A stretch of DNA of 64,000 nucleotides. It comes from Patescibacteria group bacterium (lineage in GTDB: Bacteria; Patescibacteriota; UBA1384; 2-12-FULL-50-11). Under the pieces are notes generated by a model. That model saw only the letters and a list, made by a program, of their open reading frames with translations, had not been told where the DNA came from and did not search any database. Position 1 is the stretch's first letter; every line of letters starts with the position of its first letter. The translations under genes were made by a program, and so were the position numbers. Shown one piece after another: positions 9,387-18,819 of the stretch. The stretch is taken from the NCBI GenBank assembly GCA_016861245.1, contig BOKZ01000001.1, positions 615,006 to 679,005 of the forward strand, read 5' to 3'.

Positions 9387-10717
9387 TGAGTTATCTTTCG
9401 TTGGCGCTCCTTGGTATTAGTAGAGTACTAGTTCGGCGGAATCGAACGGTGAGCGTGCTCAATATTATTTTAACGCTGATAATACTTGCTGTTTGGGCAG
9501 CGATTATTTGGTTTATCCGTGCTGAGTACAACGGAGCGTTAGTTCTACAACTAACAGTGTTAGTACAGGTACTTTCAGTCTCCGCGCTCGTCATCTTTTC
9601 CTCCTCGGCCATTTGGCAAAAGTACTTTTCAAGACAAACGATCGCTTGGTTAGAAGCGATGCCAGCGTTAGTATTTGGCTCGATCATCTCGATAGTTACG
9701 CTGGTACCGTACTACTTGGCGTACACCTCACTGAGCAGTAACCCGTATATACTCCTGCGCTTAGTTTCGATCACACTGCTCTGTATATCCTGGGGAGTTA
9801 TCGCCGCCTCGATCGGTTTATTTATACAAAAGACTACCGCCTCCGTACTGGCCCGCGCATTACTCTATATTGCTGCTTGCGCTGGAGTATTCTACTTAGT
9901 TTCGTCGGAAATTTTCACCGTTATTAGTACTGGCCTACAAGCCAGTACGATTAATACAGCTATTACAGCTACGCTACTAACCGTTGGGCTATGCGGGTTC
10001 TCGATCGCATTGCTTGAAGTAGTATCAAGTATCCCCGATAGATTCCACCGCGCGTATCGGTATTCTGGGCTACTTACTTCCTTTAGGATATTTGGTATTA
10101 GTGGCGACCAACGAAGCGTTCAAATTACAAACGCGGTCTTACACTGGTTGCGCAGTACCTCAAATCAATATCGTTTAGCGGCGCTACTATTAGTGCTCTA
10201 CGGCATCAACAAAATATATCAGGCTACAGAGTTAATCGACCAACGCGGCTCGATACTACTGTTAGGGGCTGTAATCTGTGCGTTTACCGCCACGATTAGT
10301 TTTACTGCTACAACTCGCTCGCAATTGCAGCGATATCACTGGTTACCCTTAACAAAAAACTCGGCCGCTACCAGCGATTGGTTAGCAGGAGTACTAATTT
10401 ACGCGCTGACGCTTGCGGTGTTCTACTGGTTTTCGACAAATATCTCGCTATCAGTTTTTGGGACAATCGCAGCGGTGGCATTAATAACGCATACTATTAC
10501 CGTTGGGGTGGTTTACAACTTGAGCAGAGTGCACCAACATTTTACTGATCGTTTAACTCCCTTGATTATCGGCAGCGCCTTACTCGGTCTAACACCTGGG
10601 TTATTCTTCCAGATCGTACCAACGGACATCACCTATGCTGTACTTGGACTTTGGCTACTTTCGACATTGGTATTTTTTCGTTTCGTCAATCGAGAGAATC
10701 AGCTTTCTGTACGTTAA
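9386..10717 (+). CDS. polytopic membrane protein, putative permease partner of the upstream ABC ATPase
   Basis: 443 aa. About 10-12 hydrophobic helices. Translationally coupled (ATGA overlap) to the ABC ATPase gene. Confidence 0.5.
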   Translation: MSYLSLALLGISRVLVRRNRTVSVLNIILTLIILAVWAAIIWFIRAEYNGALVLQLTVLVQVLSVSALVIFSSSAIWQKYFSRQTIAWLEAMPALVFGSIISIVTLVPYYLAYTSLSSNPYILLRLVSITLLCISWGVIAASIGLFIQKTTASVLARALLYIAACAGVFYLVSSEIFTVISTGLQASTINTAITATLLTVGLCGFSIALLEVVSSIPDRFHRAYRYSGLLTSFRIFGISGDQRSVQITNAVLHWLRSTSNQYRLAALLLVLYGINKIYQATELIDQRGSILLLGAVICAFTATISFTATTRSQLQRYHWLPLTKNSAATSDWLAGVLIYALTLAVFYWFSTNISLSVFGTIAAVALITHTITVGVVYNLSRVHQHFTDRLTPLIIGSALLGLTPGLFFQIVPTDITYAVLGLWLLSTLVFFRFVNRENQLSVR

Positions 10718-10751
10718 TTCCTTTATTCGACGGCGCTAGTATAATTACAGG

Positions 10752-12113
10752 ATGAAGATTACCGCACCGAGATGGTTATCCGATCTTGCCCAAAACTATT
10801 CAAGTGAGTCTCATCAACTGTTTTTAGTGGGTGGGGCAGTTCGAGACCAGCTATTAGACAAACCGGTGAATGAGTGGGATTGCGCGACCGATGCTTTGCC
10901 CTCAGAAACGGAGCACTTACTACGCAAAGCCGGTGTGAAGGGTATAAACAAAATCGGGGAGCGATTCGGAACTATCGTCGGCAACTACCACGGCGAAGTT
11001 GTTGAGATTACAACCTTTCGAAGCGAGGAATACAGCGAGTATTCACGCAATCCTGAAGTAAAGTTTGGGACAGATATTGAGTCAGATTTAGCCCGGCGAG
11101 ACTTTACGATTAACGCGATCGCATACGATTTACAAAACTCGAAGATTCTCGATCCACATAACGGTGTCGCGGATATAAACAACCGACGAATACACGCAGT
11201 TGGCAGAGCCGTTGATCGGTTTCGCGAAGATCCTCTTAGGATGTTACGCGCTATCCGCTTAGCGGCAGTATTAGGTTTTACTATTAGTCACGAGACGCTC
11301 TCTGCAATTACTACTGAACGCGAACGGTTCAGCTTGTTAACTATCGAGCGAGTTAATCAAGAAGTCTCAAAAATGCTTTTAGCTAAAAGCCCGAGTGCTG
11401 GTATAAAGCTGTTGGTGGAAACCGGACTCATTACCTATATTCTTCCAGAATTATTGCCATCAATTGACCTCGAGTTTGACGCGAAAGAACATAAGGACAT
11501 TTACGCCCATATCTTACAAGTACTAGACAATACTCCGCCGAAACTCGAATTGCGCTGGTGCGCGCTCCTACACGATATCGCCAAGCCGTTAACTCGTAAG
11601 AAAATCGGCGGCGAGTACCACTTTTTAGGCCATGAAGTTGTCGGTGCCCGTATGGCAAAACAAATCCTACGAAGGTTGAAGTACTCAAACGAATTTGTTG
11701 AGTACGTCTCAAAGTTAACGTACTTGCACCAGCGAATTCCAAACGACGACGGCAGCTGGACGGACGGCGCTGTCCGACGGTTTGTACGCGATGCGGGCGA
11801 ATTATTAGAAGACTTATTCATTTTTGCCGAGGCTGATAGTACCGGCAAAAACGAACGCAAATTACAAGAGTACAGGAAAAAACGAGAGAATTTAAAAAAG
11901 CGAATTACCCAACTCGAACAAGAAGCCGAGATCGCTAAAATAAAGAGTCCGCTTTCCGGGGATGAATTGGTTGAGTTATTTCACCGAAAACCAGGGCCTT
12001 GGATTAAACCAATTAAAGACGAGTTACTGCGGATGGTGCTAGATAACGAACTTCACGCTGAAGATAAAAAAAAGGCCGTCGAGATTGCTCGACGGCTCGC
12101 CCCAAAGGGCTAG
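10752..12113 (+). CDS. cca: CCA tRNA nucleotidyltransferase with HD domain
   Basis: LVGGAVRDQLL...DFTINAIAY...RDFTINA form the head and neck of the PolyA polymerase/CCA family. An HD-like motif is downstream (LHDIAKP...HEVVGA). Confidence 0.85.
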   Translation: MKITAPRWLSDLAQNYSSESHQLFLVGGAVRDQLLDKPVNEWDCATDALPSETEHLLRKAGVKGINKIGERFGTIVGNYHGEVVEITTFRSEEYSEYSRNPEVKFGTDIESDLARRDFTINAIAYDLQNSKILDPHNGVADINNRRIHAVGRAVDRFREDPLRMLRAIRLAAVLGFTISHETLSAITTERERFSLLTIERVNQEVSKMLLAKSPSAGIKLLVETGLITYILPELLPSIDLEFDAKEHKDIYAHILQVLDNTPPKLELRWCALLHDIAKPLTRKKIGGEYHFLGHEVVGARMAKQILRRLKYSNEFVEYVSKLTYLHQRIPNDDGSWTDGAVRRFVRDAGELLEDLFIFAEADSTGKNERKLQEYRKKRENLKKRITQLEQEAEIAKIKSPLSGDELVELFHRKPGPWIKPIKDELLRMVLDNELHAEDKKKAVEIARRLAPKG

Positions 12114-12526
12114 GGGTTCATCACAGCAGCGACAGCACTCTGCAGGAACGCTCCTGCCTGGGGCACTGCCGCCCTGTTGAGTGTTTCGGCCACCTCTAGA
12201 TTGAAGTGCCCAATTGTTAAGGCACCGCATACCCTTGAGTGTGGGAAATCTCCCACACGATCCAAGTACTCCTCCGATGGCAGGCGCACGTAACAGCGAT
12301 CCTGCACATCGGAGAGTGCCTTGAGCGTTGGCTGAAGCGTCGGCAGTCCTCGGCGAGGGACGAAGATTGTCACCATCGCAGTCGGATGCTGTTTGGCTAG
12401 CTGTGCAAGCTCGCCACCCTCGAGACAGGTGATGATCGCACGATCGTTGCCGATAACCGGTCGATCAAAGACTTTGCGTCCTCCAATCTGGAGGTCTTTT
12501 CCTGCGATAATAGCGCTAATGTTCAT
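12110..12526 (-). CDS. hypothetical protein (GC-rich gene, family not recognised)
   Basis: 138 aa. Coherent ORF on the minus strand in a locally GC-rich stretch. Convergent with cca and overlaps its stop by 4 nt. Confidence 0.4.
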   Translation of the reverse strand: MNISAIIAGKDLQIGGRKVFDRPVIGNDRAIITCLEGGELAQLAKQHPTAMVTIFVPRRGLPTLQPTLKALSDVQDRCYVRLPSEEYLDRVGDFPHSRVCGALTIGHFNLEVAETLNRAAVPQAGAFLQSAVAAVMNP

Positions 12527-12626
12527 ATTCCTCCCGGTACTCGAAGTACCTGTGCAAAAATCATACAGTTTTTAACCAAAAAGTCACTAGTATTGGCACC
12601 TATTTTTGGTTCAGGTATGGTAAGTA

Positions 12627-13736
12627 TTGTTAAGGAGGGAAGTGAGCCGAATTTCATTATTTTTTCAAAACAATCGTAAGAAGTTACTTATCGTCGGACC
12701 AGTAATAGGAATACTGTTATTTGGTGCGATTGTGGCTGGGTATCGATATTTCGTACCAGCACCAACAGAAGAACCGAAGCCAGTCGTTCAGGAAAAACCA
12801 GCACCAACAACAGCACCGAGCTTATTTACTGGATTAGAGGTAAAAATTGGTGAGGAGAATCGTCGATCGGTAGCTGCGATGATCGAAAATTCGCAGGCAG
12901 CTCGTCCGCAGGTTGGTTTAACGAGCGCTGATATCGTTTACGAAGCAGTTTCTGAAGGCGGAATTACTCGTTTTGTAGCGATATATTCGAGTAGTTACCC
13001 AGAGAAAGCTGGTCCAATTCGATCGGCGCGTAGTTACTTTATAGATTGGTTGAGCGAGTACGATTCGATGTACGTCCACGCTGGCGGCTCACCAACAGCT
13101 TTGTCCAGAATTGGGCAGTACGCGATCAAAGATTACCCTCACAGCAACGACGGCACCTACGTACGCGAGCCGCAGCGAGGCGTTGCTTCTGAACACACGT
13201 TGTTTGCTAATATTTTAAAGATTTATCAAAATGGAACTGGCAAAAAAGGTTGGTCGGCAACGCATGATTTTGCAAGTTGGAAGTTTAAGAAGCCGACCAC
13301 TCCAACGGGCGGGGGATCCATCACAGTTGACTTCTCAACAGCCCCGTTCAAGGTTGTTTGGGATTTTGATATTGCAACTAACAAATGGTCGCGAACGATG
13401 GCTGGTCTTCCCCATAAAGATCGGTTAAGCGGCGAGCAAATTACCGCCACCAACGTTGTTGTTATTACTGTCCAACGCTCTGCCAACGCTCCATACAGTG
13501 GAACAGGCAAAGAATCTGAGTGGACGATGCAGACGATCGGTTCTGGTGTTGCTTCGGTGTTTCGCGACGGTACTCGTATCGATGGCACTTGGAAAAAGCC
13601 AAGCAGGACTGAAAGAACCAGGTTTTACGACGCGGCAGGAGCGGAGATAGAGCTTAACCAAGGAAAAACATGGGTTGAAGTTCTGCCGCAAACAGGAGCG
13701 CTAACTTTTGTGCCAACTACAACTCCAACTCAATAA
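12627..13736 (+). CDS. DUF3048 (YerB-like) domain lipoprotein/secreted protein
   Basis: N-terminal TM/signal, a Pro-rich linker, then AAMIENSQAARPQVGLTSADIVYEAVSEGGITRFVAIYSS, characteristic of DUF3048. Confidence 0.65.
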   Translation: MLRREVSRISLFFQNNRKKLLIVGPVIGILLFGAIVAGYRYFVPAPTEEPKPVVQEKPAPTTAPSLFTGLEVKIGEENRRSVAAMIENSQAARPQVGLTSADIVYEAVSEGGITRFVAIYSSSYPEKAGPIRSARSYFIDWLSEYDSMYVHAGGSPTALSRIGQYAIKDYPHSNDGTYVREPQRGVASEHTLFANILKIYQNGTGKKGWSATHDFASWKFKKPTTPTGGGSITVDFSTAPFKVVWDFDIATNKWSRTMAGLPHKDRLSGEQITATNVVVITVQRSANAPYSGTGKESEWTMQTIGSGVASVFRDGTRIDGTWKKPSRTERTRFYDAAGAEIELNQGKTWVEVLPQTGALTFVPTTTPTQ

Positions 13737-13747
13737 ACAAAGTGCAA

Positions 13748-13782
13748 AACAAAAAGGACTCAGATGAGTCCTTTTTGCGAAG
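13748..13782. terminator. bidirectional intrinsic terminator (AAAAAGGACTCA-gatg-AGTCCTTTTT)
   Basis: Perfect hairpin flanked by A-run and T-run, between convergent genes. Confidence 0.65.
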
Positions 13783-13784
13783 GT

Positions 13785-14480
13785 TTAACCTTCGATACTG
13801 TTCGCGATCCCGATAACCTTATTCACGTAGCTCATCGAGTAGTTATAACGCAGTAAAGCGTTCGTAACGTTACCCGAGGCAGCACCGTTGGCTGCAAGGA
13901 GCTTCGCGGCACCAAACAAACAGTCTGGTGCGTAGGTGCTATCTTTGATACCGTCGCCGTTACCGTCTTGAGCGTAAGCTCGCCACGTTCCCGGCATAAA
14001 CTGACACGGACCCTGGGCACCGGCGTACGAACGAATCGTTGTATGCCAGCGCTTACCAGACTCCACCTGCCAGACAGCTTCGAGAATTTTCCAGTCAATT
14101 CCGTAAGCGCTCGCGGCTTTTTGAGCCCACAGACGCTTAACAGCTAGACCAGGATCAGCCTCACTTACCGTTTTTGGTGTAACAGATGTTGCTACAACGG
14201 CTGTTTTCGGCTTCTCTGCAGCTTTAACTGTCGGTAACTCCAATGTTTTCGGTTGAACCACGACGATTTCAGCGGTTAAAGGCTGAAGTTTCGATTCGAT
14301 TACAACCGGTGTTGATACTTGCGTATCAGCGGATTCACCAGCAGTTGGCATCACTAACGGAACAACCATTAAAAGCGCTCCGAGATAGCGAAGATCAAAC
14401 GACTTGTTAACAGTGCGTACCACCCTCCTGCAACTCTTGCGAAATTGGGCAAGAGTACAAGGAATGTAAATTGTACTCAA
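13785..14480 (-). CDS. lytic transglycosylase (SLT domain), secreted
   Basis: Signal/TM at the N-terminus. The C-terminal part, AYGIDWKILEAVWQVESG...GAQGPCQFMPGTWRAY, is characteristic of membrane-bound lytic murein transglycosylase/SLT_2. Confidence 0.75.
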   Translation of the reverse strand: MSTIYIPCTLAQFRKSCRRVVRTVNKSFDLRYLGALLMVVPLVMPTAGESADTQVSTPVVIESKLQPLTAEIVVVQPKTLELPTVKAAEKPKTAVVATSVTPKTVSEADPGLAVKRLWAQKAASAYGIDWKILEAVWQVESGKRWHTTIRSYAGAQGPCQFMPGTWRAYAQDGNGDGIKDSTYAPDCLFGAAKLLAANGAASGNVTNALLRYNYSMSYVNKVIGIANSIEG

Positions 14481-14657
14481 CTCCTTACTTGTTTCCGCCG
14501 TGAGGCGGCCTTCTCGGTTACGTTACCAGCGCTAGTTACCTAGCGACTAACGAATAACTTCCCAAAAGAAGTGTTGGTACCTTACCATATCTGAACCAGA
14601 AAGTCAACCAGTTAACACCGTATTGCGAGCTGGGAAAATACAAGTAACAATACCGGT

Positions 14658-14990
14658 ATGAACAACTGTTTATTCTGCAAAATTGTGATCGGAACGATAC
14701 ACTCGAATAAAGTTATAGAGACCGCCCACTCGTACGCATTTCACGACATTCACCCCAAAGCTCCGACACACGTATTAATTATTCCTAAGCGACACGTCGA
14801 ACGGCCAGAGGAACTAAGGCCGGAAGAGATCGCAGACATGCTCGCCTGCAGCGAAGAAATTGCTCAGATCACTGGAGTCAAGGAGAGCGGTTACAGGTTA
14901 CTATTTAACGTTGGGGCGCATGCCGGCCAAGAGATCGATCACGTACACCTACACATACTCGGAGGTGCGAGCGCGAAGGCGATGTACTAG
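14658..14990 (+). CDS. HIT-family (histidine triad) nucleotide hydrolase
   Basis: 110 aa. HIT motif HVHLHILGG near the C-terminus. Confidence 0.85.
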   Translation: MNNCLFCKIVIGTIHSNKVIETAHSYAFHDIHPKAPTHVLIIPKRHVERPEELRPEEIADMLACSEEIAQITGVKESGYRLLFNVGAHAGQEIDHVHLHILGGASAKAMY

Positions 14991-15026
14991 TTAACATCTG
15001 TCAAAAATAGTGCTAAAATTTCACTA

Positions 15027-15233
15027 ATGTCTGACAATTATTCACCCCGAGAACGCGAAGGCGCACCATCAGTCGAAGTTGTACTTCGCCGCTTTTTCCG
15101 TGACGTCCAACAGTCTGATCTTATGACTGAGATTAAGCGCCGCCGCTACTTTGAGAAATCGCCGTCGCGAAATGCGCGTCGAGCGGCTGCACACGGCAAA
15201 GAAACTCGCCGCCGAGCTAAGCGCGGGTACTAA
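15027..15233 (+). CDS. rpsU: 30S ribosomal protein S21
   Basis: 68 aa basic protein. VVLRRFFRDVQQSDLMTEIKRRRYFEKSPSR matches bS21. Confidence 0.85.
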   Translation: MSDNYSPREREGAPSVEVVLRRFFRDVQQSDLMTEIKRRRYFEKSPSRNARRAAAHGKETRRRAKRGY

Positions 15234-15685
15234 TGAATCTAACTAGTCAAATTGAAGCCGATCTTACCGAAGCACTTCGAGAGAAAAACGAAGTCAAGAA
15301 AACAGTATTGCGCTCGTTGAAAAGCGCTCTCAAAAACGCGTCGATCGAAAAAAACCAAGCAGTGTTAAGCGAAGAGGAAGAGCTTCAAGTTATAGCCCGA
15401 GAAATTAAGCGTCGTAAGGAAGCGATCGCAGCCTACGAAAGCGCAAACAAACCAGAATTAATGGCCGATGAGCAAGCAGAACTTGAAATTCTTTCGGTAT
15501 ATCTACCGGCGCAGTTAAACGAAGACGAGATCCGCCGTGAAGTTCAGGAAGTACTTAATTCCGGTAGTTATTCGCTATCAACGATGGGTCAAGCAATGGG
15601 AGCCGTTAGTCAAAAACTCAAAGGCAAGGCCGATATGTCGGCTGTTTCGCAAATTGTTCGAGACGAACTGACAAAGCTCGGTTGA
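15233..15685 (+). CDS. yqeY: GatB/YqeY domain protein
   Basis: 150 aa. N-terminal LTSQIEADLTEALREKNEVKKTVLRSLKSALKNA is typical of YqeY. A TAATG overlap with rpsU matches the usual rpsU-yqeY pairing. Confidence 0.8.
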   Translation: MNLTSQIEADLTEALREKNEVKKTVLRSLKSALKNASIEKNQAVLSEEEELQVIAREIKRRKEAIAAYESANKPELMADEQAELEILSVYLPAQLNEDEIRREVQEVLNSGSYSLSTMGQAMGAVSQKLKGKADMSAVSQIVRDELTKLG

Positions 15686-15688
15686 GCT

Positions 15689-16075
15689 ATGACTTATAAC
15701 GTCCGTGTTACTGTTATCAACGAAACAGAACTGATTGTCGCCGAGGAGGTATTTTCTCAGGTAATTTCGCGGATCGTTAATCGCTTGCGACCAGTTAAAG
15801 CCGTTGATACAGTGGGAGTTGAGATAGTATTGGTGGGGGATCAAAAAATACAAACATTAAATAAGCAGTATCTACACAACGATTACCCGACCGACGTTCT
15901 CAGCTTTCCGCCGTCTGAGCGTTCTATCGAGCAAGCTCAAACACTCGGTAGTATAGTCATCTCAATCGACACCGCCGCTAAACAGTCGAAACAAGCTGGT
16001 GTGGCGATCGAGAAAGAGCTGGAGGTACTAACCGGTCACGGTTTATTACATTTACTAGAGTTCCACCACAAATAA
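15689..16075 (+). CDS. ybeY: rRNA maturation endoribonuclease YbeY
   Basis: 128 aa. C-terminal metal site LTGHGLLHLLEFHH (H3xH5xH-like). Confidence 0.75.
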   Translation: MTYNVRVTVINETELIVAEEVFSQVISRIVNRLRPVKAVDTVGVEIVLVGDQKIQTLNKQYLHNDYPTDVLSFPPSERSIEQAQTLGSIVISIDTAAKQSKQAGVAIEKELEVLTGHGLLHLLEFHHK

Positions 16076-16090
16076 TGAAATGCGAGGGGA

Positions 16091-17329
16091 ATGCCACGAG
16101 ATAACTTGTTAGTCGGATTAGATATTGGGACCTCAAAAGTAGCTGCTTGCGTCGGTGTAATTAACGAAAACGAAATCCAGATCGTCGGACTCTCCGCTGT
16201 AGCCCATAGCGGACTACGTAAAGGGGTGATCACTGATTTAGAAGAAACGGTGAGCGCTGTTTCCCAGGTACTCGAAGACGTCGAACGGATGGTCGGCTCT
16301 CCGATTACACACTGCTACGTGTCAGTTGCCGGACCTTCGATCGAATCGTTCCCAGCAAAAGGCGTGGTGGCGGTCTCGAAGCCAAACGGCGAGATCGATC
16401 ATAGCGACGTCGAGCGAGTAATCGACGCCGCTCGAACTGCGACGCTACCACAGAACCGGGAACTGCTCCATTTGTTTCCAGAGCGTTATTTTGTTGACGG
16501 TCAGAACCAAGAGCGCGATCCAGTTGGTATGAACGGCATTCGTCTCGAGGTTGAAGCGCTCCTGATTAGCGCCACCGCAGCCGCTTCAAGAAACTTAACA
16601 AAAACCATCTACCAAGCCGGCTTAGAGCTAGACGGTGTTGTATTCGGCCCGTTAGCCTCAGCCAAGTTATTAACTAATAAAAAACAGCGTGAGAGCGGGG
16701 TAGCGTTAGTAGATATCGGCGCCGGCTCAACCGATTTAGTTATTTACGAAGAAGGGCAGTTGATTCACGCAGCATCTTTACCAGTTGGATCGATGCACAT
16801 CACTAACGATATCGCGATCGGCCTACGAACGAACTTGGACGTCGCTGAAGCGATAAAGCTGCGTTACGGCAGCGTACTAAAGGAAAAAATCCGCGAGAGC
16901 GAGACGATAAATCTATCTAGTTTCGACCCAGGCGAGTCGGATAAAGTAACTCGGAAGCAAGTTGCGGAGATAGTAGATGCCAGAGCGGCCGAGATTTTTC
17001 ATTTACTAAAAGAGGAGCTGCAAAAAGTCGGTAAAGACGGCCTATTACCGGCCGGAGTAATCTTTACCGGCGGCGGCAGCGATTTGGAGGGTCTCACAGA
17101 ATTAGCCCGTTCAACACTACGATTACCGGCCACGATCGGCTTTCCGGTAGTGACAGTTTCGGGTATGATTGACAAGATCGATAGTCCGATATACGCTACC
17201 AGCGTCGGACTTGTCCTCTGGGCTTCAGAAGAAACCGGAGGCAAAGATGCACCTTGGCGGCTCGATTTAGGAAAATTTGGGGGGGTAGTTGACCGTTTTC
17301 GAGGAATTTTTAAGAATTTTACAAACTAG
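16091..17329 (+). CDS. ftsA: cell division protein FtsA
   Basis: 412 aa actin-like ATPase. LVGLDIGTSKVAACVG phosphate-1 motif. Sits upstream of ftsZ. Confidence 0.9.
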   Translation: MPRDNLLVGLDIGTSKVAACVGVINENEIQIVGLSAVAHSGLRKGVITDLEETVSAVSQVLEDVERMVGSPITHCYVSVAGPSIESFPAKGVVAVSKPNGEIDHSDVERVIDAARTATLPQNRELLHLFPERYFVDGQNQERDPVGMNGIRLEVEALLISATAAASRNLTKTIYQAGLELDGVVFGPLASAKLLTNKKQRESGVALVDIGAGSTDLVIYEEGQLIHAASLPVGSMHITNDIAIGLRTNLDVAEAIKLRYGSVLKEKIRESETINLSSFDPGESDKVTRKQVAEIVDARAAEIFHLLKEELQKVGKDGLLPAGVIFTGGGSDLEGLTELARSTLRLPATIGFPVVTVSGMIDKIDSPIYATSVGLVLWASEETGGKDAPWRLDLGKFGGVVDRFRGIFKNFTN

Positions 17330-17378
17330 AAAACGGGTGAATGTTGACGGTCGCGACATTTCTCGTTAGTGGAGAATA

Positions 17379-18590
17379 ATGGACAGGGAAAGCTTAGACA
17401 CCTTCGCAAATATTAAAGTCTGTGGCGTTGGCGGTTCCGGTGGGAACGCTATCGCCCGAATGATTGCCGCTCGAGTTCGAGGCGTCGAATTTATTGCTAT
17501 TAATACCGACGCGCAAGCGCTGTTAAATAACCCCGCGCCAGTAAAGGTTCAGGTCGGTAAAGAAACTACACGTGGATTAGGCGCTGGTGCCGATACAGAG
17601 GTTGGTCGCAAGAGTGCCGAAGAGAATAAAGACGAAATTTACGAAGTGCTTAAAGGCGCAGATATGGTTTTTGTTACGTTCGGCGCTGGTGGCGGTACCG
17701 GTACGGGTGCGGGACCGATGGTGGCGCAAATCGCTAAAGAACTCGGAGCGCTAACTGTTGGCGTTGTTACTAAACCGTTTAGTTTCGAAGGTTTACGCCG
17801 TAAAAAAATGGCTGAGATCGGTATAGAAGAACTCCGAGACAAAGTCGACACGTTAATTACAATTCCTAACGACCGCTTACTCCAGGTTATCGACAAGAAA
17901 ACGTCGCTACCAGATGCGTTCGGTATCGTCGACGATATCTTACGCCAAGGCGTTCAAGGAATTTCTGATTTAATTATTATTCCTGGAATTATTAACGTTG
18001 ACTTTGCTGACGTTCGAACAATTATGCACGACGCCGGCTCAGCGTTAATGGGAATCGGTCGCGCCAGCGGTGAGAACCGTGCGATCGAGGCCGCTCGTCA
18101 AGCGATCGATTCGCCGCTCCTAGAGCTCTCGATCGATGGCGCTAAAGGCATCCTTTACAACATCACCGGCGGACCAGATATGACGATGTACGAGGTTGAG
18201 GAAGCGTCTAAGGCTATTACTGAAGCAGCAGACCCAGAAGCAAATATCATCTTTGGCGCGATCGTCGACGACGCGATGTCCGGCGAGATTAAGATTACTG
18301 TCATCGCCACTGGGTTCGAAGCTGAACTAGCCAAGCCGCCAACAAAACGCCGCGCTAGCGAAGATATGATCGGATTTGGCGCCCGAGGCAATCAAGTTCA
18401 AAACTCGTCAACGATTCCGTTTTTCGGCTCTCAAAACACTCCGCAACAGCCGTTTACACTCGAACAAGAGCCGATGGATCTGACGCCACGCCGCGAGCGA
18501 ATCACACCACCGCCACCAGCACCGACTAAAGACGAAGAAAAAGACGACGAGCTCGACGTCCCAGCCTTCATCCGTAGAAAATTGAGGTAA
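17379..18590 (+). CDS. ftsZ: cell division GTPase FtsZ
   Basis: [10 protein letters not shown] and the tubulin signature [10 protein letters not shown]. Pro-rich C-terminal linker, then the conserved C-terminal peptide [13 protein letters not shown]. Confidence 0.95.
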   Translation: MDRESLDTFANIKVCGVGGSGGNAIARMIAARVRGVEFIAINTDAQALLNNPAPVKVQVGKETTRGLGAGADTEVGRKSAEENKDEIYEVLKGADMVFVTFGAGGGTGTGAGPMVAQIAKELGALTVGVVTKPFSFEGLRRKKMAEIGIEELRDKVDTLITIPNDRLLQVIDKKTSLPDAFGIVDDILRQGVQGISDLIIIPGIINVDFADVRTIMHDAGSALMGIGRASGENRAIEAARQAIDSPLLELSIDGAKGILYNITGGPDMTMYEVEEASKAITEAADPEANIIFGAIVDDAMSGEIKITVIATGFEAELAKPPTKRRASEDMIGFGARGNQVQNSSTIPFFGSQNTPQQPFTLEQEPMDLTPRRERITPPPPAPTKDEEKDDELDVPAFIRRKLR

Positions 18591-18685
18591 CTCAATTTTC
18601 GAAGGAACGAGTAAACGCGAGTATTAGACAAAAACTTCGTTAAACCGAACCGATTCCAGGAAATTTCGTTACTACGATCAAGAAC

Positions 18686-18711
18686 CGAACAGTTGTTCGG
18701 CTTTTGTGCGG
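18686..18711 (+). promoter_or_regulatory. candidate operator in nrdJ leader: palindrome CGAACAGTTGTTCG overlapping GTTCGG-CTTTT-GTGCGG (site D)
   Basis: About 110 nt upstream of nrdJ and just 5' of a TTGACA...TGGTAGGGT promoter-like element. The second half-site is degenerate. Confidence 0.35.
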
Positions 18712-18819
18712 TTTGCTGCTTGACACAATTAATGACCGATGTGGTAGGGTGAGCAAGATACGGAGGGGTAAGATTTTCCCTGGAATCACTACATATAAGG
18801 TTAATTTGGAGGATGAGGG

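Noticed and set aside
12190-12260. tRNA-like impression (GGGAAATCTCCCAC stem-loop) inside the 12110..12526 gene
   Set aside because: No canonical T-loop (TTCRANT). No complementary acceptor stem could be built. It lies inside a coherent coding frame.
18591-18819. Possible cobalamin riboswitch in the 230-nt nrdJ leader
   Set aside because: No B12-box-like sequence or conserved riboswitch core is visible. The leader instead contains operator-like repeats and a promoter.
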